Under the pieces are notes generated by a model. That model saw only the letters and a program-made list of their open reading frames with translations, ran no database searches and had not been told where the DNA came from. Shown piece after piece: positions 11,360 to 21,901 of a stretch of DNA of 64,000 nucleotides. The DNA comes from Sphaerodactylus townsendi (taxonomy: Eukaryota): assembly GCF_021028975.2 (NCBI RefSeq), contig NC_059428.1, positions 148,304,001 through 148,368,000 of the forward strand, in the 5' to 3' direction. Within the stretch, counting starts at the first letter, position 1. Each line of letters opens with the position of its first letter. The translations under genes were made by a program, and so were the position numbers.

Positions 11360-14300
11360 CTAGATCTAGAACATCACAAATGAATTCTAATGATCAATTC
11401 TGCACAAATGCAGAATAAATATTGACACACACAAATATCCATTTATGAACTTTTTAAAAATGTGTGTGTGTGTAGATACATATNNNNNNNNNNNNNNNNN
11501 NNNNNNNNNNNNNNNNNNNNNNNNNNNNNNNNNNNNNNNNNNNNNNNNNNNNNNNNNNNNNNNNNNNNNNNNNNNNNNNNNNNNNNNNNNNNNNNNNNNN
11601 NNNNNNNNNNNNNNNNNNNNNNNNNNNNNNNNNNNNNNNNNNNNNNNNNNNNNNNNNNNNNNNNNNNNNNNNNNNNNNNNNNNNNNNNNNNNNNNNNNNN
11701 NNNNNNNNNNNNNNNNNNNNNNNNNNNNNNNNNNNNNNNNNNNNNNNNNNNNNNNNNNNNNNNNNNNNNNNNNNNNNNNNNNNNNNNNNNNNNNNNNNNN
11801 NNNNNNNNNNNNNNNNNNNNNNNNNNNNNNNNNNNNNNNNNNNNNNNNNNNNNNNNNNNNNNNNNNNNNNNNNNNNNNNNNNNNNNNNNNNNNNNNNNNN
11901 NNNNNNNNNNNNNNNNNNNNNNNNNNNNNNNNNNNNNNNNNNNNNNNNNNNNNNNNNNNNNNNNTTTGAAATTCTATAAAATCTCAAATGAATTCTAATG
12001 ATCAAATGCAGTAATGCAGAATAAAATATTGACACACACAAACATATATATCCATTTATGATCTTTTTAAAAATGTGTGTGTGTGTATGGAGATACATAT
12101 NNNNNNNNNNNNNNNNNNNNNNNNNNNNNNNNNNNNNNNNNNNNNNNNNNNNNNNNNNNNNNNNNNNNNNNNNNNNNNNNNNNNNNNNNNNNNNNNNNNN
12201 NNNNNNNNNNNNNNNNNNNNNNNNNNNNNNNNNNNNNNNNNNNNNNNNNNNNNNNNNNNNNNNNNNNNNNTTGAAATTCTATAAAATCTCAAATGAATTC
12301 TAATGATCAAATGCACTAATGCAGAATAAAATATTGACACACACAAACATATATATCCATTTATGATCTTTTTTTTTAAAATGTGTGTGTTATTAGTATG
12401 GAAGATACATATATATNNNNNNNNNNNNNNNNNNNNNNNNNNNNNNNNNNNNNNNNNNNNNNNNNNNNNNNNNNNNNNNNNNNNNNNNNNNNNNNNNNNN
12501 NNNNNNNNNNNNNNNNNNNNNNNNNNNNNNNNNNNNNNNNNNNNNNNNNNNNNNNNNNNNNNNNNNNNNNNNNNNNNNNNNNNNNNNNNNNNNNNNNNNN
12601 NNNNNNNNNNNNNNNNNNNNNNNNNNNNNNNNNNNNNNNNNNNNNNNNNNNNNNNNNNNNNNNNNNNNNNNNNNNNNNNNNNNNNNNNNNNNNNNNNNNN
12701 NNNNNNNNNNNNNNNNNNNNNNNNNNNNNNNNNNNNNNNNNNNNNNTTTGAAATTCTATAAAATCTCAAATGAATTCTAATGATCAAATGCACTAATGCA
12801 GAATAAAATATTGACACACACAAACATATATATCCATTTATGATCTTTTTAAAAATGTGTGTGTGTGTATGGAGATACATATNNNNNNNNNNNNNNNNNN
12901 NNNNNNNNNNNNNNNNNNNNNNNNNNNNNNNNNNNNNNNNNNNNNNNNNNNNNNNNNNNNNNNNNNNNNNNNNNNNNNNNNNNNNNNNNNNNNNNNNNNN
13001 NNNNNNNNNNNNNNNNNNNNNNNNNNNNNNNNNNNNNNNNNNNNNNNNNNNNNNNNNNNNNNNNNNNNNNNNNNNNNNNNNNNNNNNNNNNNNNNNNNNN
13101 NNNNNNNNNNNNNNNNNNNNNNNNNNNNNNNNNNNNNNNNNNNNNNNNNNNNNNNNNNNNNNNNNNNNNNNNNNNNNNNNNNNNNNNNNNNNNNNNNNNN
13201 NNNNNNNNNNNNNNNNNNNNNNNNNNNNNNNNNNNNNNNNNNAGAATTTCTATTTGAAATTCTACTCTAAAATCTCAAAATGAATTCTAATGATCCAAAT
13301 GCAGTAATGCAGAATTTAAAATATTGACACACACACATATATATCCATTTATGATCTTTTTTTAAAATGTGTGTGTGTGTATGGAGATACATATATATAT
13401 ACCTTCAGTTTCCTGATCTATCCTATCGATCTGACCCGACATCTATTTTGAAGTTCTATAAAATCTCAGATGGATTCTAATGATCAAATGCACTACAATG
13501 CAGGAATAAAAATGTTGACACACTGAAACATATATATATCCATTTTATGATCTTTTTAAAAAATGTGTGTGTGTGTATGGGAGGAATGCATATATANNNN
13601 NNNNNNNNNNNNNNNNNNNNNNNNNNNNNNNNNNNNNNNNNNNNNNNNNNNNNNNNNNNNNNNNNNNNNNNNNNNNNNNNNNNNNNNNNNNNNNNNNNNN
13701 NNNNNNNNNNNNNNNNNNNNNNNNNNNNNNNNNNNNNNNNNNNNNNNNNNNNNNNNNNNNNNNNNNNNNNNNNNNNNNNNNNNNNNNNNNNNNNNNNNNN
13801 NNNNNNNNNNNNNNNNNNNNNNNNNNNNNNTGTTTGGGGATTCTATAAAATCTCAAATGAATTCTAATGATCAAATGTCGCTGTACGTGGGGATAAAATA
13901 TTGACACACACAAACATATATATCCATTTATGATCTTTTTTAAAATGTGTGTGTGTGTATGGAGATACATATATATACCTTCAGTTCTGATCTATCTATC
14001 GATCGACCGATCTATTTGAAATTCTATAAAATCTCAGATGAATTCTAATGATCAAATGCACTAATGCAGAATAAAATATTGACACACACAAACATATATA
14101 TCCATTTATGATCTTTTTAAAAATGTGTGTGTGTGTGCTATGTGGGAGATACATGTATATATATAANNNNNNNNNNNNNNNNNNNNNNNNNNNNNNNNNN
14201 NNNNNNNNNNNNNNNNNNNNNNNNNNNNNNNNNNNNNNNNNNNNNNNNNNNNNNNNNNNNNNNNNNNNNNNNNNNNNNNNNNNNNNNNNNNNNNNNNNNN

Positions 14301-15690
14301 NNNNNNNNNNNNNNNNNNNNNNNNNNNNNNNNNNNNNNNNNNNNNNNNNNNNNNNNNNNNNNNNNNNNNNNNNNNNNNNNNNNNNNNNNNNNNNNNNNNN
14401 NNNTTTGAAATTCTATAAAATCTCAAATGAATTCTAATGATCAAATGCAGTAATGCAGAATAAAATATTGTCACACACAAACATATATATCCATTTATGA
14501 TCTTTTTAAAAATGTGTGTGTGTGTATGGAGATACATATNNNNNNNNNNNNNNNNNNNNNNNNNNNNNNNNNNNNNNNNNNNNNNNNNNNNNNNNNNNNN
14601 NNNNNNNNNNNNNNNNNNNNNNNNNNNNNNNNNNNNNNNNNNNNNNNNNNNNNNNNNNNNNNNNNNNNNNNNNNNNNNNNNNNNNNNNNNNNNNNNNGCT
14701 CTATCTATCCTCTATCTATCTGTCTATCTATCTATCCTGATCTATCTATATGTAATATCCTATCTATCATTTTTTAAAATTTCTATTTGAAATTCTATAA
14801 AATCTCTGCATGAATTCTAATGATCAAATGCAGTAATGCAGAATAAAAAATATTGACACACATATATATCCATTTTATGATCTTTTTTAAAATGTGTGTG
14901 TGTATGTGATATNNNNNNNNNNNNNNNNNNNNNNNNNNNNNNNNNNNNNNNNNNNNNNNNNNNNNNNNNNNNNNNNNNNNNNNNNNNNNNNNNNNNNNNN
15001 NNNNNNNNNNNNNNNNNNNNNNNNNNNNNNNNNNNNNNNNNNNNNNNNNNNNNNNNNNNNNNNNNNNNNNNNNNNNNNNNNNNNNNNNNNNNNNNNNNNN
15101 NNNNNNNNNTTTGAAATTCTATAAAATCTCAAATGAATTCTAATGATCAAATGCAGTAATGCAGAATAAAATATTGACACACACACATATATATCCATTT
15201 ATGATCTTTTTAAAAATGTGTGTGTGTGTATGGAGATACATATNNNNNNNNNNNNNNNNNNNNNNNNNNNNNNNNNNNNNNNNNNNNNNNNNNNNNNNNN
15301 NNNNNNNNNNNNNNNNNNNNNNNNNNNNNNNNNNNNNNNNNNNNNNNNNNNNNNNNNNNNNNNNNNNNNNNNNNNNNNNNNNNNNNNNNNNNNNNNNNNN
15401 NNNNNNNNNNNNNNNNNNNNNNNNNNNNNNNNTTTGAAATTCTATAAAATCTCAAATGAATTCTAATGATCAAATGCAGTAATGCAGAATAAAATATTGA
15501 CACACACACATATATATCCATTTATGATCTTTTTAAAAATGTGTGTGTGTGTATGGAGATACATATATATACCTTCAGTTCTGATCTATCTATCGATCGA
15601 CCGATCTATTTGAAATTCTATAAAATCTCAGATGAATTCTAATGCTCAAATGCACTAATGCAAAATAAGTACTGAGACACACACACTTTT
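11360..15690. repeat. Compound tandem array: ~13 copies of a ~135-bp core separated by variable, mostly masked (CTAT)-rich spacers
   Basis: Core tttgaaattctataaaatctcaaatgaattctaatgatcaaatgca..tgtgtgtgtatggagatacatat starts at 11965, 12271, 12747, 13253, 13447, 13833, 14015, 14404, 14786, 15110, 15433 and 15609, plus a degenerate copy at ~11380. Shortest period 176 bp. Confidence 0.93.
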
Positions 15691-15899
15691 TATATGAGTG
15701 TATATGCGTGAGTGTAAGCTCAGAATTGGAGATACATGTTACATATTTATATGAGGTTTTTTTATAGAGAGAGATTCGTTTTCTCCATGATTGTTCTGTT
15801 TTACTGGTTCTTTGTTATATGGTTATTGTCTTAAAAATATTCTTAAATGAAAAACTGGGCCTCCCGTGACCCCGCCAAGCAGCAGCCCCAGATGTCACA

Positions 15900-16300
15900 G
15901 CTCCCTGCCCAGGAGCTCTTCTCTCCCCCTCCGGGCCGCGCTGGCGGAGCGAACACGCGTGTCGGGCGCCCGTGTGAAAGGGACGGCGCGCGTGTCAGGA
16001 GGAGGCGGAGGAAGAGGCCGGGCCGGCGCCGCTTCCCCTCTCCCCTCTCCCCCCGAGGGCCGCCCCGCCTCTCCTCTCTTCTGAGCCGCGCCGCCGCCGC
16101 CGCCGCCGCCGCCATTTTGGGCCGGGCCTAGTCGGGCCTAGCCACGCCTGGCGCAGCCGCGGCCTCGCGTGGGCGCCGGGCCCACCCAGGGGCGGAGGGC
16201 GGCGGCGGGGCAGGTAACGGAGGGGGCGGGAGGGGAAGGAGGAGGAGGCCTCTTCGCCGGGGGACAACCGGGAGAGGGCAAGTGGCGCCGGGGCGGGGGG
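15900..16300 (+). promoter_or_regulatory. PRPSAP2 CpG island, (GCC)8/YY1 site and non-coding exon 1
   Basis: Very GC- and CpG-rich. (GCC)8 at 16090-16113 runs into GCCGCCATTTTG (YY1 consensus). Donor GGGCAG|GTAACG at 16213/16214. Confidence 0.8.
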
Positions 16301-16706
16301 GGGGGGTCTCTCTGACTCTTTGGGGGGCTTTCTCAGCATTCCCCCTCCCCCATATGTAGGAGGGGTGTCTATTGCAAGTCTATTGCAAGTTGGGACAGGT
16401 GGGAGGGGGGGGGGTGTCTATTGCAACTCTGCAATTACAAGCATGAGACAAGTATGGGTGGGGGGTTGTTTTGGGAAGGGGGGGTTCCCAGCCCCACACT
16501 GCAGGGGGAGTGCGCCAGCCTCAACCTTTGCAGCCCCCCCCCCTCGCCTGCAAAGGGGGGGCCCTATTCCCCTTGGATCGCCCTAAAATCTCTTTCTCTT
16601 AAGTCCACTGCTGTTTTCTTAATGTGCAAACCTGTCTCCCACACTCCACTTTTAGTGTAATGTTTATTTTGGTTGAGGCATAATATAATGCAATATTTAC
16701 TTATAT

Positions 16707-16969
16707 CAGGCTTTCAGGGCCGGAATCACTAGGGTGGTGTTGTGGGTTTTTCCAGGTTGTGTGGCCGTGTTCCAGTAGCATTTTCCCCTATGTTTCGCCT
16801 GCATCTGTGGCTGGCATCTTCAGAGGATCTGATGTTGGAAAAGCAAGTGGAGTATATATTTACTACCATCAGATCCTCTGAAGATGCCAGCCACAGATGC
16901 AGGCGAAAAGTCAGGAGAAAATGCTTCTAGAACATGGCCATGCCAGCCTGGAAACCCCACAATACCCCA
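16707..16969. mobile_element. Palindromic Penelope-like-element derivative with two inverted minimal hammerhead motifs
   Basis: ~100-bp inverted arms (16732-16834 and 16867-16969). Each carries tcctCTGAAGAtgccagccacagatgcaggcGAAA. Confidence 0.75.
16874..16916 (+). ncRNA. Minimal type I hammerhead ribozyme-like motif (PLE-associated, degenerate stem III)
   Basis: uccu-CUGAAGA-u-gccagccacagaugcaggc-GAAA-ag-UC-agga: stem I uccu/agga, stem II gcc..ggc, GUC cleavage triplet. An inverted partner lies at 16785-16827. Confidence 0.6.
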
Positions 16970-18899
16970 CTTATCTATCCTTAATTAAAAGTTCATTCTT
17001 TTCACAATGTAATATAGCCAACACTTATTTATTCATTCTTTTCTTAATATATCCCACACTTACCTGTCTTATCTTTAATTGAAAGTTCATTATTTTCTTG
17101 ATATACTATAGCCAAGACTTACCTGGCTATCTTTATTTGAAATTTTTTTCTTAATATATCCAACACTTCCCTGTCTAACTTTCACTGGACTTTCTTGATA
17201 GAATATATCCAGATCTTACCTGTCTATTTTTAATTGAAAACTTACTTGTTTTCTTAATGTATAGTCTAAGCCACATTTATCTAGCTGTTATTTAAAAACT
17301 TGTTGGTTTCTTTAATATATAACATAAATAACATGTAATATATATGTTACTTAAAGTCCATTGTTTTCATAATGTATAATGGATGCAATACTTCTCTATC
17401 TTTTAAGTGGAAGTCTGTTTTTGAAATGTACAACCTTTTAAAAATTTGAATATTTATTGTTCTTTAAATATATCCAACATTTGCCTATCCAACATTTGCC
17501 TAACCCTAACTCCACAACACTTATCTTTTGTTTTTAATTGACAGTTTACTGTTGCTTTCCTAACACGAAAGAGACAAAACACATATCTTTTGTTTTTAAT
17601 TGACAGATTACTGTTGCTTTCCTAACATGAAATAGACAACGCTTGAGTATATGATAGGCTTTCCCATCCGTAATTGTAGTCCTCTCCCTAGAACCAAGCA
17701 AAAGGGAGTTGGGGAAAAGAAAAGGGAAAAAAGGAAAGAAAATCAAGAAAGAGAGCACTATATTTATATCTGAGTTCTGAGAAATCTTGCTTAATCTGAC
17801 TCCCTGAGTCTAAAGAGGAACATAATGATTTCAGATGGGGTAGGGGGTGAAGAGGGGGAAATGCAGAAATAAAGGTCTGTCTGTTGCTGCAAAATTAATG
17901 TTCGCTCCCACCTGCCAAAGCAGAGAAGCTGGAATAAATGTCAGGGCACCGCTGGACTCGTTAAATTATTATTGTGTATTACTGTGGTTCGGAAGCTGCC
18001 CCGGGTGAATCTTTGCTGGGAATAACGGGGTGCAAATATTTTAACGCAACAGATATTTAACAATACGGAAGTATTTAAATAACACAACTGTGTATGTCTG
18101 GGGTACCGTTCTTCAGTGAATTGTGGGAGAAAAGGGAGGGGTCAGTTCTACTTGTTTTTACTGCTGCAGGCTAGCTGTGTAATTGCACTGGGGGAAATAG
18201 GGTTTCTCTGTTTCATCTGATTGGGGGTGTGTTTATTACCTTATCTTCAGGCATAGCATCCTGTACGGAACAGGTTTTCCTTGACTGGATGTAACAAAGG
18301 CGTCATAATAAGGTACTTTGTGTGTGTGTGTGTGTGTGTGCGTGTGCGTGTTTTAAATCGTGTTTTGTATTGTGTGCTGCCAAGAGAAAGACGGGGTGGA
18401 ATTTATTTTTAATTGAAACCCAGCAGAGTGAACTGAGTAGCAATGTCTCCATCTCTTCCCCTTCGCTCGCCGCCTCCACACAAAGAGGCACGCGTTTCCT
18501 AGTCCATATATTCTGGGCGACTGAATCCTGATTTAGATTTTTTTAAAAAAATAGCTGTAATACCCTTTCAGCTTCTTGCCCCCCACTTCCAGAAGCTCAC
18601 GGCATGTAACATTTTAATCACGTTCTCTTAAATATTTCATTACCTAGTTGCAATAAAACAAAATATTTGTCTTGTTAAACGTACCAGCAAAAGACTCCCC
18701 CATCAGCTAAACAATAAGGGGTTTTATGGTCATTGGGAAGGTGTGGAGGTGTTAGAAGTTTCTTTTCTTTCCCCATCAAGAAAGAACGGGGATAAGGAAC
18801 CTTCTCTTCTGGCAGCAGCTTTTCCAAAGGAAAACCATAAAGGTAGTCGGGGGGAGGGGAAAGAGAATGCCCTGGCCTTCCATGTCTCTCTGTCTGCCT

Positions 18900-19480
18900 T
18901 TTTACTTTACAGAAGCGAAGGGAGGACGTTGTTTTCATTGTTGAATGGCGCTGGAGCAAGCCTGTCTCCTGCCAGCCGGGGCTGATGGCGTTCGGCCCCT
19001 CTCCATTGTCCCTCAGCACAATAACAGTGGCGTAGCAGGTTGTGAAAGGTCTTGCTGGAAACATCTTGGAAGCTTTAGGACCACTTGTTTTTGGTTTTTC
19101 ATCCCCTGGTGTCTGAAAGCTGTTATGGTTCTGAACCTGACGGGACACCAGTTGTATGCTTGGCCTTTCAGACTCTGCCCCTGTCAGCTGGTCTGCCCCG
19201 ACACCGTACAACACATTTTCTTCTATTGCTCATTCCATGATGAAATTCAAACTGTATATAAACCCTATTTGAAGACAGAGGGCCAAGTTTTCTGATAGTT
19301 CCAAGCTGATCTTCCTACTAAATAGCCCCATCTTTGAAATGTGCAAAAGTATAGCTAAATTTTCCATCTTGCAAAGAAAGGGTGCTAATTTTTATTCTGG
19401 TCCTTTTAACAATTGTATTCACTCTTTCCTTTTAACTTCACGCTATATTGTACTGTGTGATGTCTTTTGTGTATTTTAAA
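18900..19480 (+). mobile_element. Decayed LINE 3' fragment
   Basis: Remnant C-terminal motif RLCPC..TVQHIFFYC and AT-rich 3' UTR. The tail gatgccaataaaggctt resumes after the hAT insertion (~20074). Confidence 0.5.
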
Positions 19481-19543
19481 TCTGTGTGTGTGTGTGTGCG
19501 TGTGTGTATTTGGGGGGGTTGCCTATTATGTAATACTTTATAG

Positions 19544-20061
19544 CAGTGATGGTGAACCTTTTAGAGACCGAGTGCCCAAATTGCCACCCAAGACCCACTT
19601 ATTTATTGCAAAGTGCCAACACGGCAATTTAATCTGAATGCTGAGGTTTTAGTTTAGAAAAAACGGTTGGCTCCGAGGCATGCGTTACTCGGGAGTAAGC
19701 TTGGTGGTAGTCGGTGGCTTTGCTTTGAAGCAACCGTGCAACTATTTCAACGGGTGAATCATGATCCTATGAGGGTTTACTCAGAAGCAAGCCCCATTGC
19801 CAGCAACCGAGCTTACTCCCAGGCAAAGGATCATGCTTTAGTTCTTCGCATGAAAATCAATGGGGTTTAACAGCGCTTAACAGGGTTACCTACGCTGCTC
19901 CCCCAAAACTAGGTCTTAGGTTTAATGCTAACAATCGAGCCCAGTGGCCCAGGCCAGCCTAGATGTGTGTGAGAGGGTGGGGGCGGCTCTGATTGCGCGT
20001 GCCCACAAAGAGGGTTCTGAGTGCCACCTCTGGCACCCGTGCCATAGGTTCGCCACCACTG
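19544..20061. mobile_element. Non-autonomous hAT DNA transposon
   Basis: TIRs cagtgatggtgaacct / aggttcgccaccactg; perfect 8-bp TSD ctttatag at 19536-19543 and 20062-20069. Confidence 0.9.
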
Positions 20062-21070
20062 CTTTATAGCCTAGATGCCAATAAAGGCTTTGGGAAGATA
20101 GAAAGATGTTTGGCATTCAATCCAGCAAAAACATTTGCTTCGTCGGCTCAGAGTGTGGCGCGCGCGTGTGACTTCATAACCAAAGCCATACAGCGGCTAA
20201 TGTGCGTTTCCATAGTGCCGCAAGAGAAAACGAGCACGCGAGTGTTACCCTGTAGGCTGTGAATTATGTTCAGTCGATTTTTACTTCCCTGGGCTGTGTG
20301 AAGGGTCAGAAGCCAAATGCTGACCTAGCCACTCTGTAATGGACTCATCCCTAACATTCCTCAAGTTTGTGTTGCCCTGTGTTCCGAAGAATTCTTGCAC
20401 AACAGATGCTGTTTCTCTCTGCTGGTCTTCTGAACTCCCAAATGGCTTGCATTTAGAACATGTCCAAAGTTCATGAATGAGTAAATGCCCCAACAGTGTC
20501 TGTTAGCTTTGCACGCACTTGGTTTTCTACTCTTCTGTCTGTTACTAAAGATGTGCAGTTTCTGAGTTATTCCGTGCTTGGCTTTTGCAGTTTTCGAGGT
20601 CTGTGGGGACTAGCCCCGGCTGGATTCAGTGTAATAGGGATGCGAAACTTAAGGATTTGTTTACGGTTTATATGTCACTGTAAACAGTTAATCTTTTCCC
20701 AAGGCTTGGCAAACTGGCCAAGGGTGTAGCAATAAATACCCGGATCGTCTCCACCTTTAGAAAGTGTGTTTTCCTACTCGCAAGATGGGTTCTGGAGAAA
20801 GTTAGCCTGTTAATTTTCCTGAACAAATATCAGTAGCAAAAGGCTGACAACATATACGTGGGTCCAATTGTGAGCATGTTACTTTTTAAAGTAGAGTTGT
20901 TTGAAGCTGGCTGAAATCTTGTTGTGTTTCCGATATAAACTGTCTTAAAACTGCTAAACAGGGATGTTTATAATGGGGGGCGGGGGGGGGGGGCGGTATA
21001 GTGCACTAAACTCCACTAAGTTGGCATCCCTTTGCTCACGTGTCTGTTAACGTGTCTTCTTCTTCCACAG

Positions 21071-21192
21071 GTAAAGGTTTTGTGTCAGCGAATGCGGGAA
21101 ACAGCATTGCTGCTTCGTGGGAGCAAACGGCAAGAGGCTTCCCGCTCCGTGCCAAATCTGCTGAGCAGTTTTCATCGGTCGCGTTGTTATTT
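21071..21192 (+). other. Probable PRPSAP2 5' UTR exon
   Basis: Strong acceptor tcttcttcttccacag| and donor |gtaagt, lying between exon 1 and the first coding exon. No transcript evidence. Confidence 0.5.
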
Positions 21193-21599
21193 GTAAGTGG
21201 GGTTTTTTTGTTCGTTTGTTTTTATGGGTAGTTCGAAAGCCGGTTAGGAGTCAGCTGTTTGCATTAACAGCAGTCTGGGAGTCAGGAACCCTTCAACCTT
21301 TCACGGTGTGAGTGATGGGGACAGAATTAACAGCAGAAGTTGATTCGCTATCCCGTATGAAAAAACCCGATTCACGCAGGCAAGGTACCGAAATCGCAGA
21401 TGGTTCTTCACAATGTGATTCTTGGATTCTTGCTCCCGAGCACCTACTCTCATCAGCACAACTTGGAGGGAGCAAACCTTTACGTTTCTTCAGGTCACGG
21501 ACGGATGGAATCCTTTCAGCGGAAATATTGAAATACTCCGTGTGCGTTTGCATGTGTGTCTTTCCCCACTTAAACTATTAAAGCTTGCTTTAATAGCTT

Positions 21600-21857
21600 C
21601 TGCGTGGTGTAGTGGTTCAGAGCAGTTGGATTCTAATCTGGAGAACCCGGTTTGATCCCCCACTCTTCCACCTGAGCTGGGTGACCTTGGGCTAGCCACA
21701 GTTCTCTCTGGGCTCTCCCAGCCCCACCTGCCTCACAAGGTGCCTGTTGTGGGGAAAGGAAGGGAAAGGAGCTTGTCAGCCACCTTGAGTCTCCTTACAG
21801 GAGAGAAAGGTGGGGTATAAATCCAAACTCTTCTTCTTCTTCTTCTTCTTCTTCTTC
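21600..21857 (+). mobile_element. tRNA-derived SINE with (TTC)n tail next to the PRPSAP2 acceptor
   Basis: Same SINE family. Tail 21828-21857 is followed directly by tcgtttcgcag|. Confidence 0.85.
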
Positions 21858-21901
21858 TCGTTTCGCAGTGTCATAGAAGCAGGAAGACAAAGCAGGATTT
21901 A

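Noticed and set aside
11445-15521. Long ORFs through N-runs (also at 26 kb and 47.5 kb)
   Set aside because: Artefacts of translating masked bases.
11360-15690. CRISPR-like or retrozyme-like reading of the repeat/spacer array
   Set aside because: Vertebrate DNA, ~135-bp repeats, microsatellite spacers and no cas genes. No CUGANGA..GAAA core is visible in the unmasked unit; ctaatga is only a near match.
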